A stretch of 64,000 nucleotides of DNA, from positions 251,424 to 315,423 of the forward strand of contig NIVC01000928.1 of the NCBI GenBank assembly GCA_002269645.1, in the 5' to 3' direction. Origin of the DNA: Macrostomum lignano. Taxonomy: Eukaryota. The position numbers were made by a program, and so were the translations under genes. The notes beneath the pieces were generated by a model. The model had not been told where the DNA came from, ran no database searches, and saw nothing but the letters and a program-made list of their open reading frames with translations. The stretch's first letter is position 1, and each line of letters begins with the position of its first letter. Positions 37,101 to 49,100 of the stretch are shown piece by piece.

Positions 37101-40100
37101 ACAAGTGTTGAACATACCATAGACTTAGGTCATCTGAGGACACAAGTGTTTAAAATACCATAGACTTAGGTCATCTGAGGACACAAGTGTTAAAAATACC
37201 ATAGACTTAGGTCATCTGAGGACACAAGTGTTAAAAATACCATAGACTTAGGTCATCTGAGGACACAAGTGTTAAAAATACCATAGACTGGGGTCATCTG
37301 AGGAAACGAGTGTTAAAAATACCATAGACTGGGGTCATCTGAGGACGAGTGTTAAAAATACCATAGACTTAGGTCATCTGAGGACACAAGTGTTAAAAAT
37401 ACCATAGACTGGGGTCATCTGAGGAAACGAGTGTTAATACCATAGACTGGGGTCATCTGAGGACGAGTGTTAAAAATACCATAGACTTAGGTCATCTAGC
37501 TGAGGACACAAGTGTTAAAAATACCATAGACTGGGGTCATCTAAGGACGAGTGTTAAAAATACCATAGACTGGGGTCATCTGAGGACGAGTGTTAAAAAT
37601 ACCATAGACTGGGGTCATCTGAGGAAACGAGTGTTAATACCATAGACTGGGGTCATCTGAGGACGAGTGTTAAAAATACCATAGACTTAGGTCATCTAGC
37701 TGAGGACACAAGTGTTAAAAATACCATAGACTGGGGTCATCTGAGGACGAGTGTTAAAAATACCATAGACTGGGGTCATCTGAGGACGAGTGTTAAAAAT
37801 ACCATAGACTGGGGTCATCTGAGGAAACGAGTGTTAAAAATACCAGACTGGAGTCATCTGAGGACGAGTGTTAAAAATACCATAGACTGGGGTCATCTGA
37901 GGAAACGAGTGTTAAAAATACCAGACTGGAGTCATCTGAGGACGAGTGTTAAAAATACCATAGACTTAGGTCATCTAGCTGAGGACACAAGTGTTAAAAA
38001 TACCATAGACTGGGGTCATCTGAGGAAAAGTGTTAATACCATAGACTGGGGTCATCTGAGGACGAGTGTTAAAAATACCATAGACTTAGGTCATCTAGCT
38101 GAGGACACAAGTGTTAAAAATACCATAGACTGGGGTCATCTGAGGACGAGTGTTAAAAATACCATAGACTGGGGTCATCTGAGGACGAGTGTTAAAAATA
38201 CCATAGACTGGGGTCATCTGAGGACGAGTGTTAAAAATACCATAGACTGGGGTCATCTGAGGACGAGTGTTAAAAATACCATAGACTGGGGTCATCTGAG
38301 GAAACGAGTGTTAAAAATACCAGACTGGAGTCATCTGAGGACGAGTGTTAAAAATACCATAGAAGGGGGTCATCTGAGGATACGACACGAGTGCAGGTAA
38401 GAGCCTAGACTGAGGTCATCTGAGGACACGCGTGGACGTATACTGGAAGACGTTTAAGAATGAGAACGAGGCCATACCAAAGTTCATTTGAGGACAAAGG
38501 GAGAACATACGCAGGCAGAATGGAGGTCATTTAAAAGCTTAATCGTGTCTTGAATACTCATTTCGTGAACAGCATGTACAGAAGTTTGCAAAGTGAATTG
38601 TGAATAAATGTAGAGTATCGTATCGTAGCTCAAGCGAATTTTAAGCTCTCGGTTAGATGATACAAATATAACCTAGTTAATTTACCTGAAATCTGTATAA
38701 GAATTGAAATGATGACTGCAAGTTGTTGCAAAAATGAAACGCTTGATTAAATGCTCAATATGGTGGACATATTTCAAAGTTAAACAGTTAAATAAAAGAC
38801 AATTACTCACATCTAAAGCGGGTCCACTCTCGGTTGAGTCAGTCTGGGAACGGAACAGACGCGATTCAACACCGTCCAGAGCTGATGAGACGGCAAGCAG
38901 AGCAGCCTGATAGCGGCGCTGCTGCTCTTGACGACCCTGTGATTGAATCTGTTGACTCTCGGTGGCTGACTGACGGCTCAGTCTAGTCATAGCTGCTGAC
39001 AATTGCGATAGGGCGTTATTGAGCTCAAGGCTGGCTTTAGTTGGCGACTCTGATGGATCTACAGCTTGTAGAGACGCTGGCCGAGTCTGAAAAAAAACAA
39101 ATAATAAATAATTGACAATGCTTTCATTACCGGACGAAATGCCTTTAAAAACGTCAAAATTCTGATGACAAGCAGAACGAATCCGATTGCGCAAGACATT
39201 CAACTTTCAGGTTTCAGCGATGCATAAACAATAATCATATTCATTAGTAAGTTGTAAAGGGACATACATGCGATATATAAAGACATTAAAAAACATACTA
39301 ATATGCACTTTCAGCTTGATTTCCGCGCAATTCGTTGATGCTAAACCTAATTGTACATTGCTAAATTTAATCAAGTTTTTTACAATCAAAGCTCTACATT
39401 TGTACATTTGATTTAATTTTAACACTTCCTCCGACTAGATAAGGCAAGCCTCGATTATAAGGGGGGCCGTAGCTCAGCGGTAGCGCAGCTGCTCTGGTGT
39501 GCCAGCGACCCAGGCTCGATTCCAAGTGCAGTCACATTAATTTGGGGCTGAATTGGAATCTCGGCTTGGCTCTGCTCGTGCAATTAACGGCCTTGAGAGC
39601 CAACCCCCCAAGGCGCAGTGAAGTGTACATGCCTAACGATAATATAAAGTTAGGGCCGCTGTACACTCCTGTGTGAGTGTGTGCCTGCGTACGTATCCGC
39701 ACGCTTGTATGCCTGCTCAGGGGAGTCGGCGGAATGGGCAGTAATGCCTCTCGCCGGTTGTGTGCCTATGTCGCTTAAAGTGCGCCAGGGTGCACACAAC
39801 CCCCCTGCCTCTAATAAAAAAAAGCCTCGATTATATAGCGCCGGCCGGGGTGTGGGAGAAGATTGAAAAACAGGCAATAAAATTCGCGACGGGGTGCCTG
39901 ATCTTGTTTTTGTCTACTAGGGTTAGGCTAAGGTTGATCGATAGTTCAGCCGCGTCGTCTCTCTATCCCCCATTCCCCCTCCAATGTATGTACACCGAAG
40001 GCACTAGCCACAAATAGTGGAATGTACATTAAATATCAAACCACATCACACTGAATGTCACAGCAGCACAGCATAATCACCGATCACTCAGCTCACTCAT

Positions 40101-43100
40101 GCAGTGCCTTACAATCGGGAAAAATATAAAGAGCCTTCGTTTCTGCTCGTTTTCGAGCAGAAAAGATCATGCAAGAAAAACATTGGGTTCGATATCACAT
40201 CAGCAGCAAGCTCGATTCAACTTGGCTAATCTAAGCACACTATAGCTATTCTGCACTTATCAAGACCTAAAGGCATTGCGTTGTACTTTTCCAAACAAGC
40301 TAATCGTTTAGTCAGTAGACAGATCTCGGCGGCAACAGTCGGTAAACGGTGAGCAGACAGTCGGCCGATAAGAACATACAAGTGAGCAGAATGAATGGTA
40401 GAAGGACCAAAAGAAGCAGCAGCTGAAAATTGATAGTTAAAAACAACAATAGTTGTTCTTCAGACTCTATACGGTTACGTTCGTCATCTCGATTTAGGAA
40501 AATGTTTACAGCCGAAAATTCGATACTCAAATGCAACACGGTCGTTCATGCCAAACACGAAACAACACTTACGACAAGCAATAGGACTGCCAATTTTCTA
40601 AGAATATTAGATTTATTGGCATTAGTACTTTCGTCCTAAATGGGAAATTAACAAAATGGTGGACACGAAAATGTTTTTTTGATGTCGTGTGATTTTCAGG
40701 TAGACAAAAGAACCTCTGCATAGCTTTTGCTTACCCCAGAATCAACAGCCTGAACAGTTTCATCGCGCCGCCTTCTAATATGCCGAGAAATGTTGCTAAG
40801 CTGCTCGTCCAGTTGAGCTTGCAATTCGTCAGAATCGTCGTACACTGGCTCGTCAGAGAGTTCCAGACGTTCGAAATCGTTGCCGAGACTCTGTATCAGA
40901 CTGTGATGATCTTGGATGCCGCTTTGAAGACGCTGCAAATTTAGATCGATTTCAATGTCAAATATTGATATTGATTCGATATCGCTTGCTTCTATCGTAG
41001 AAGCTTCCTGTATAGCATTGTTATTGTTGGCGTCGTGTTCCATAAATACTGGGAGCAGGTTTAATACGGTGAACACACAGGGAGATTGATCCCTTGGCTT
41101 TGAATAACGGGTCAACGGGAGGCCTGCGGACGACCCGACTTTTAACCGCGTGTTTGCAGCTAAGAAGCGCGGCAGGGGGTCTTCTAACCACCCCCAAAAC
41201 TTGCGCCAAGTTGGATTTCCAACGTACAATGAAGTGGGGGAATGGGGGAGCTAGCTGGGTAGAAGTTTTTGGAGCTAATGTACATTGGGCAATAAAATAG
41301 GTTGCGTACATTCAAATCATCCGACTTGACCAATCCCTTTAAAAATGGTTGGGCTGGGTGGGTCTGGCGCAGTTTGTGATTTTTTATTTAAACATTATTT
41401 AACAGCCTAAACAGTTTTTTACACAGCTATAAAAGTCTACAAGTGTACAGTGAATGTACACTATTAAAACGGCTTGAGTTTAAACCAGCCAAGTACATGA
41501 GCGATGATAAATAATCTTGTACAGTTTTCTATTGTAGTTTTGCACTTTATTGGTGACGCAAAAGAACTTACTAATAGATTAAGCTTGAATTTTAATTTCT
41601 CAAATTTCAAACCTTTCAGAGAACTTTCAGGCAAGCAGTAGACGATTTTGAATTACAACAACAACAAAATAAATTGTCAGCCAGCCAGGCGTGAGGCGTG
41701 AATGACAAGAATAGAGCATCAAAAACATACATAACAGCACTCACCATAGCCAAGCCCTCCTCAGCGGCTCGTCTTTGTCGGCCAATCTCGGCGGCCTCCG
41801 CGTGCTGCTGTTGTCGCCGAACTCGGTACTCGGTGCTGTCAACCGATTCGGCATCCGCTGCAGCATCTGCTCCAGCTGGCGCGGCAGGTGGCGCTCGTTC
41901 TGCAGCTTTGGCCGCTTCCCTTAGCGCCACCTGACGCTCAATACAGTCATTCTTCAACGCCTCCATCGCTTCTTGCAACGCGTGCAACCTGTTCTCAATT
42001 GGCCGGCGCTCGTCCGGCGACTCAAACTCGCACAGCTGATTATAGTGCACCTGGGCATCGCTGAGCTCCTGCAGTCGGCTATTGAGCTCCGAGTTGATCG
42101 ACCGACAGGCTTCAATGGCTGCGTCTGGATCAGCGGCACTGCTCACAGACTGCGCTAGTCGAGTCTCAGCCTGGCTAGTCCAGGCTTCAAGTCGGCCAGT
42201 GTCATCCAACAGGCGCGTCCGAGCATTCTGATGACGCTCCCGATCGCGCGCCGTCTGCAGAATCTTTTTCTTCTTCTGTTCGGCCAGATCTTTCAAGGAT
42301 TTCTCTTTTTTCTGCAGCGCAGTCAAGCTCTTCTGCATGGCCTCTTCGTCGTCTTTGCTGGACGACTCGCACAGCTCGAGACCGAGTCGCACCAGCGAAT
42401 CAATCTCCTGACTGATCACCTCGACTTCGATCATCAGATTCTCGTGCTCAGTTGTGCACTCATCTAACGAAGCGGCGTTGCGCGGATCGAGACTGTCCAG
42501 ACTCTGCTTAGTAGAGTCCATCCTCATGGCCACCGTGCGCAGACGCTCGTTGAACTCTTCTTGACGCGTTAGCGTGCGCTTCAGTTCCGCTTCTTTGGCG
42601 CGTAACTGGGTGGCAGAGAATTAAACTGATGTCTGGAGTTAACTGATTACAACTTTATCAGCGAGAGGCGGAGTGGGGTGGGCTTTTTTGTCAATGTACA
42701 TTGGCTGCAGCGACTGGAGCGGGGAAAGAGGGTCCCTGACTGGATGTACAGAGAGGGTCCCCGACTGGATGTACAGAGAGGGTCTCCGGCTGGATGTACA
42801 GAGGGTCCCCGACTGGATGTACAGAGAGGGCCCCCGGCTGAATGTACAGAGGGTCCCCGACTGGATGTACAGAGAGGGTCCCCGGCTGAATGTACAGAGA
42901 GGGTCCCCGGCTGAATGTACAGAGAGGGTCCCCGGCTGAATGTACATATCACGGCTTAAGCGGGGGGAGAGAGGGTCCCCGACTGAATGTAGAGAGAGGG
43001 TCCCCGACTGGATGTACAGAGAGGGTCCCCGGCTGAATGTACATATCATGGCTTAAGCGGGGCAGAGAGGATCCCCGACTGAATGTACAGAGAGGGTCCC

Positions 43101-46100
43101 CGGCTGAATGTACATATCACGGCTTAAGCGGGGCAGAGAGGATCCCCGACTGAATGTACAGAGAGGGTCCCCGGCTGAATGTACATATCACGGCTTAAGC
43201 GGGAGAGAGGATCCTCGACTGAATGTACAGAGAGGGTCCCTGGCTGAATATACCAGTACAGAGAGGGTCCCCGGCTGAATGTACACTTGTTAAAAGTTCA
43301 AGAAATGCAGGTAAAAATGCTGGAAGATGTTGAAAGTCAAAAAAGGTTCAGCAGGATAGTGGACTGGATTGAAAAATTTATACACTCGTAGGAAAAGTAG
43401 GTTCACACTCCTCCAAGGCTCGTAAATGAGCTTAATAATAATACCGATAAAATATGTACGAAATAATTACCATAATACTTGTCACAGGTTTTTATGGAAT
43501 CCAAATGAAGATGGCGATGGCGAGATTTCAAATTAGAAAATCAAAAATTAGGAGTAATGAAGCGAAGAGGCGGAATACTTCAAGTATGAATGAACGAATT
43601 AATTCTTAAATGCAAGGCGCTCTATAAAGAAAGCAGAACCCTCATTGATATTAATAAGCTTTATAGCAGTCATACATCGTGAACATTGCAGCCTGCACAA
43701 CAAGTGTACCAGAATCTGTGCTAAATTTACAAGTCAGGCTAATGGTGTGTTTATTCCAACTGCCGGAGAGAGACAGTTGAAATCGGTTGTGGCGCGTGCA
43801 GACAGCCACAAATTGTGGGTAGGATGTAGAGAGCGGTTGCCCCGAGGTTTTGCGCAGCTAGACGTGTAGAGTCAGTCGAATTCAGGCATCAACAGTAAAC
43901 TAAGGACAGGAAGTGAGATATAGTTATGAATGGTCTGCGAGCCGGTATTGAACTCACCTTGCCGTGCATGCTGGTCACCCGCTCATCGATCTGCTCCTCG
44001 GTTAGAGCTCTGGCCTCCTCAGCTGGCACAGCATCGATTGTGGTGCTGCTGGCGGCCATTTCGGACGACCTCTCAGCTGTAGCTGACGAGTCTGACCTGA
44101 CGGGCCGGTCCTGCGTATTCCAGAACACAACAACCTCGCCGTCGGCAAGAGACTGCGTAGCGCCTTGCAGGCTGTAGGTCTCGCCCTCGCCAAGGTACAT
44201 CGCGTCGCCAGCTCGAAGCAGTCGCGACCGGAAGTTCACAGTGACAACGGTCTCCCGGTCGAGCGGAACCGCCATGGCCCGACGACACCGATGGAAGTCC
44301 AGCGGCACCAGCAGCCTCGGCTGTTGGCCAGTCGGTCTGGCAGACTGCTCGGCGCTGTTCACGAAGCTGACCCGATCGGCCGGCTGCAGGCGCACCGGCT
44401 CGCCTGGCTGCACAGTCACTGGCAATTCGTTCACTAGCACAGTCTCGTACGGGTCCACCCACACAACTTGCTGCCTCTGCTGCTCGGCCAGCGAGTACAC
44501 GCAGATGACCTGATCGGCCGGGCTGTAGCACAGGCTGGACCCAACTTTGGCCTCCTGCATCGGCCCGATCAGGTGCAGCTCATTGGCGACTACCGGAGTC
44601 GCTTCTCCGTCGCGCACGATCGGAGTTTCGGCGTCCACACGACACCAGGATCGGCGAAGACGGCTCCAGCTGCTGGCGGCCCCGGGCCTCGTCGCTGCCA
44701 CTGCGGTCGCGGCGCAGGAAGCGAATCTCGTTTGGCCTGGCCGAGGGCTGCCGTTCGCCGTCCAGCTGGATGGAGTCTCCGGGTTTCAGCATCGAGAGTG
44801 TCGCCGAATCATCGTCAGGCGGTTGATCGTTGATGAGCACTGCTTGGCGATCGGGATTGACGGTCAGGATCGAGACAGTCTCGTGGCTGATGCTGAGGGC
44901 ATCGTCGGGCGTGCAGAATCTCTGGGCCCGGGTGGCGCGGGTGCAGCAGAAGACTGCGACGGCTGAGGCGGCGGCGGCATCGCTTCGAGACGATGGAACG
45001 CAGCGTCGAGTTCGTTGGCGCCGCGGCTGGAGACAGCGAGATGCGGTCTGACCGGCTCCTCGTCTGGTGCCGCTGGCGACTGCTACGGTGGTTTTTTTAA
45101 AGATGAGAGACGGATTTTAAAACAAATTCCACAGCTTCCGGCTTTGAATATAAGCACATTGGGTTTGCTCAAGCACAGAGGTTCGCCTTCTGCTTCTGGT
45201 CTTTAACCTACTCGTACTGCTCGCTGGGTTGGTCTGAAACTATTCGCTTCTACCTCTGTCTGTCTCTCTCTCTCTATGCGCACAGTCGGGGGCATTTATT
45301 AATTCTTGGCTTATTTATTGTTCATTCTCAAATTCGTCTGCATTATTGTCCGCAGCTCCTAACGAAAAACCCATGCAGTTTTAATTTATTCTACTACTCG
45401 ACCGCATCTTCATTCAGTCGGTTTGAAGTAAAAAAAGCTGCTATTTGAGTCAAGGCGTGTCTCACGTTCTATTTGCAGTGATGAGGTGGTGGCGGTCTGC
45501 TGGACAGAGACGCACACGAGCCTTTAGAGAAATAGAACACCCCAGGGTGTGCAGTTTGCGCACTATGTCGGCACCGAATACAGAGTACAATAAACAACAG
45601 ATCTTACATCAATTAGAAATTCCATACAGACTACCGAACTAAGTAGTAAGTAAAGAAGATAAAGCTCGTAGTTACCTGAGCGGCGCTGCGAGCCTCTAGC
45701 TGGGCCAGTTCGGCAGCCAGTCTCTCGTACTCGGGGTCCGACTCGGACAAGCCGCCAGTTGTTCGCAGCGTCTCCAATTCGTAGCGCAGAGTTTTCACGT
45801 TGCGCGCGAGTTCGAGCGACTCACGCTCGGCGGCTGCTGCGGCCACGCCTGCCCGGCTGGAGGCGCCGCTGCCGCGACCGCGGCCGGCCTTCAACGCCGC
45901 GAGATCGTCGACGTCGGCCGCTGGGTACTGGGACTTTTTAGGAGACTCGCTAGCACTTCCTGCTGATACTGACTCGGACTCTGATGCCTCCTTAGCTGGC
46001 GACCCTTCCACACTTCTTACTGGAGAGGCCTCGAAACTCTGAGATTCTTTCGTAGGCGACGCGTCCGCGCTAGTAAGTGCCCTCGGTGGCGAAGCTTCGG

Positions 46101-49100
46101 CACTGACAAAGCTTGTGGCGGGTGAAGCTTCGAAACTTGGCGGCGCATCTCCTGTTTGTTGCGCTTCGATTGTTAAAGCGTCTCTGATCGGCGCTGCTTC
46201 AGCACTCGGTACCTCTCTTGTCGGCGATGCTTCAGCACTCGGTACCTCTCTTGTCGGCGATGCTTCAGCACTCGGTACCTCTCTTGTCGGTGACACTTCA
46301 GCACTCAGTACCTCTCTTGTCGGTGACACTTCAGCACTCAGTACCTCTCTTGTCGGCGATGCTTCAGCACTCGGTACCTCTCTTGTCGGCGATGCTTCAG
46401 CACTCAGTACCTCTCTTGTCGGTGACACTTCAGCACTCAGTACCTCTCTTGTCGGCGATGCTTCAGCACTCGGTACCTCTCTTGTCGGCGATGCTTCAGC
46501 ACTCGGTACCTCTCTTGTCGGCGATGCTTCAGCACTCAGTACCTCTCTTGTCGGCGATGCTTCAGCACTCGGTAACTCTCTTATCGGCGATGCTTCAGCA
46601 CTCGGTACCTCTCTTGTCGGCGATGCTTTAGCACTCAGTACCTCTCTTGTCGGCGATGCTTCAGCACTCGGTACCTCTCTTGTCGGCGATGCTTCAGCAC
46701 TCGGTACCTCTCTTGTCGGCGATGCTTCAGCACTCAGTACCTCTCTTGTCGGCGATGCTTCAGCACTCGGTAACTCTCTTATCGGCGATGCTTCAGCACT
46801 CGGTACCTCTCTTGTCGGCGATGCTTCAGCACTCAGTACCTCTCTTGTCGGCGATGCTTCAGCACTCGGTACCTCTCTTGTCGGCGATGCTTCAGCACTC
46901 GGTACCTCTCTTGTCGGCGATGCTTCAGCACTCAGTACCTCTCTTGTCGGTGACACTTCAGCACTCGGTACCTCTCTTGTCGGCGATGCTTCAGCACTCA
47001 GTACCTCTCTTGTCGGTGACACTTCAGCACTCGGTACCTCTCTTGTCGGCGATGCTTCAGCACTCAGTACCTCTCTTGTCGGCGATGCTTCAGCACTCGG
47101 TACCTCTCTTGTCGGCGATGCTTCAGCACTCAGTACCTCTCTTGTCGGCGATGCTTCAGCACTCAGTACCTCTCTTGTCGGCGATGCTTCAGCACTCGGT
47201 ACCTCTTTTTTCGGTGATGCTTCAGCACTCGGTACCTCTCTTGTCGGTGATATTTCAGCACTCAGTACCTCTCTTGTCAAAGAAACATCAGCACTCGGTA
47301 CCTCTCTTGTCAAAGAAACATCAGCACTCGGTACCTCTCTTGTCGGCGATGCTTCAGCACTCAGTACCTCTCTTGTCGGTGACACTTCAGCACTCAGTAC
47401 CTCTCTTGTCGGTGACACTTCAGCACTCAGTACCTCTCTTGTCGGTGACACTTCAGCACTCAGTACCTCTCTTGTCGGCGATGCTTCAGCACTCGGTACC
47501 TCTCTTGTCGGTGACACTTCAGCACTCAGTACCTCTCTTGTCGGTGATGCTTCAGCACTCGGTACCTCTCTTGTCGGCGATGCTTCAGCACTCGGTACCT
47601 CTCTTGTCAAAGAAACATCAGCACTCGGTACCTCTCTTGTCGGCGATGCTTCAGCACTCAGTACCTCTCTTGTCGGCGATGCTTCAGCACTCAGTACCTC
47701 TCTTGTCGGTGACACTTCAGCACTCGGTACCTCTCTTGTCGGCGATGCTTCAGCACTCGGTACCTCTCTTGTCGGTGACACTTCAGCACTCAGTACCTCT
47801 CTTGTCGGTGATGCTTCAGCACTCGGTACCTCTCTTGTCGGCGATGCTTCAGCACTCGGTACCTCTCTTGTCAAAGAAACATCAGCACTCGGTACCTCTC
47901 TTGTCGGCGATGCTTCAGCACTCAGTACCTCTCTTGTCGGCGATGCTTCAGCACTCGGTACCTCTCTTGTCGGCGATGCTTCAGCACTCAGTACCTCTCT
48001 TGTCGGCGATGCTTCAGCACTCAGTACCTCTCTTGTCGGTGACACTTCAGCACTCAGTACCTCTCTTGTCGGCGATGCTTCAGCACTCAGTACCTCTCTT
48101 GTCGGCGATGCTTCAGCACTCAGTACCTCTCTTGTCGGCGATGCTTCAGCACTCGGTACCTCTCTTGTCGGTGACACTTCAGCACTCAGTACCTCTCTTG
48201 TCGGCGATGCTTCAGCACTCGGTACCTCTCTTGTCGGTGACACTTCAGCACTCAGTACCTCTCTTGTCGGTGATGCTTCAGCACTCGGTACCTCTCTTGT
48301 CGGCGATGCTTCAGCACTCGGTACCTCTCTTGTCAAAGAAACATCAGCACTCGGTACCTCTCTTGTCGGCGATGCTTCAGCACTCAGTACCTCTCTTGTC
48401 GGCGATGCTTCAGCACTCGGTACCTCTCTTGTCGGCGATGCTTCAGCACTCGGTACCTCTCTTGTCGGCGATGCTTCAGCACTCGGTACCTCTCTTGTCG
48501 GCGATGCTTCAGCACTCAGTACCTCTCTTGTCGGCGATGCTTCAGCACTCGGTAACTCTCTTATCGGCGATGCTTCAGCACTCGGTACCTCTCTTGTCGG
48601 CGATGCTTCAGCACTCAGTACCTCTCTTGTCGGCGATGCTTCAGCACTCGGTACCTCTCTTGTCGGCGATGCTTCAGCACTCAGTACCTCTCTTGTCGGC
48701 GATGCTTCAGCACTCGGTACCTCTCTTGGCGGTGACACTTCAGCAGTCGGTACCTCTCTTGTCGGTGACACTTCAGCACTCGGTACCTCTCTTCTCGGTG
48801 ATGCTTCAACACTCGGTACCTCTCTTGTCGGCGATGCTTCAGCACTCAGTACCTCTCTTGTCGGCGATGCTTCAGCACTCGGTACCTCTCTTGGCGGTGA
48901 CACTTCAGCAGTCGGTACCTCTCTTGGCGGTGACACTTCAGCAGTCGGTACCTCTCTTGTCGGTGACACTTCAGCACTCGGTACCTCTCTTCTCGGTGAT
49001 GCTTCAACACTCGGTACATCTCTTGTCAAAGAAACATCAGCACTCGGTACTTCTCTTGCTGGTGATGCTTCAGCACTCGGTACCTCTCTTGTCGGTGATG

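Noticed and set aside
36985-38430. CTGAGGA...GAAAC resembling a hammerhead ribozyme core in a satellite
   Set aside because: CUGAnGA is present, but there is no stem II closed by C-GAAA and no stems I/III with a cleavage triplet.
39461-39535. Functional tRNA gene
   Set aside because: A and B boxes are present, but the acceptor and anticodon stems do not close, and it is the head of a TSD-flanked SINE.
44580-44940. Programmed ribosomal frameshifting or micro-introns explaining the frame changes
   Set aside because: No slippery heptamer or GT-AG pair at the switch points; three independent 1-nt insertions are a simpler explanation.
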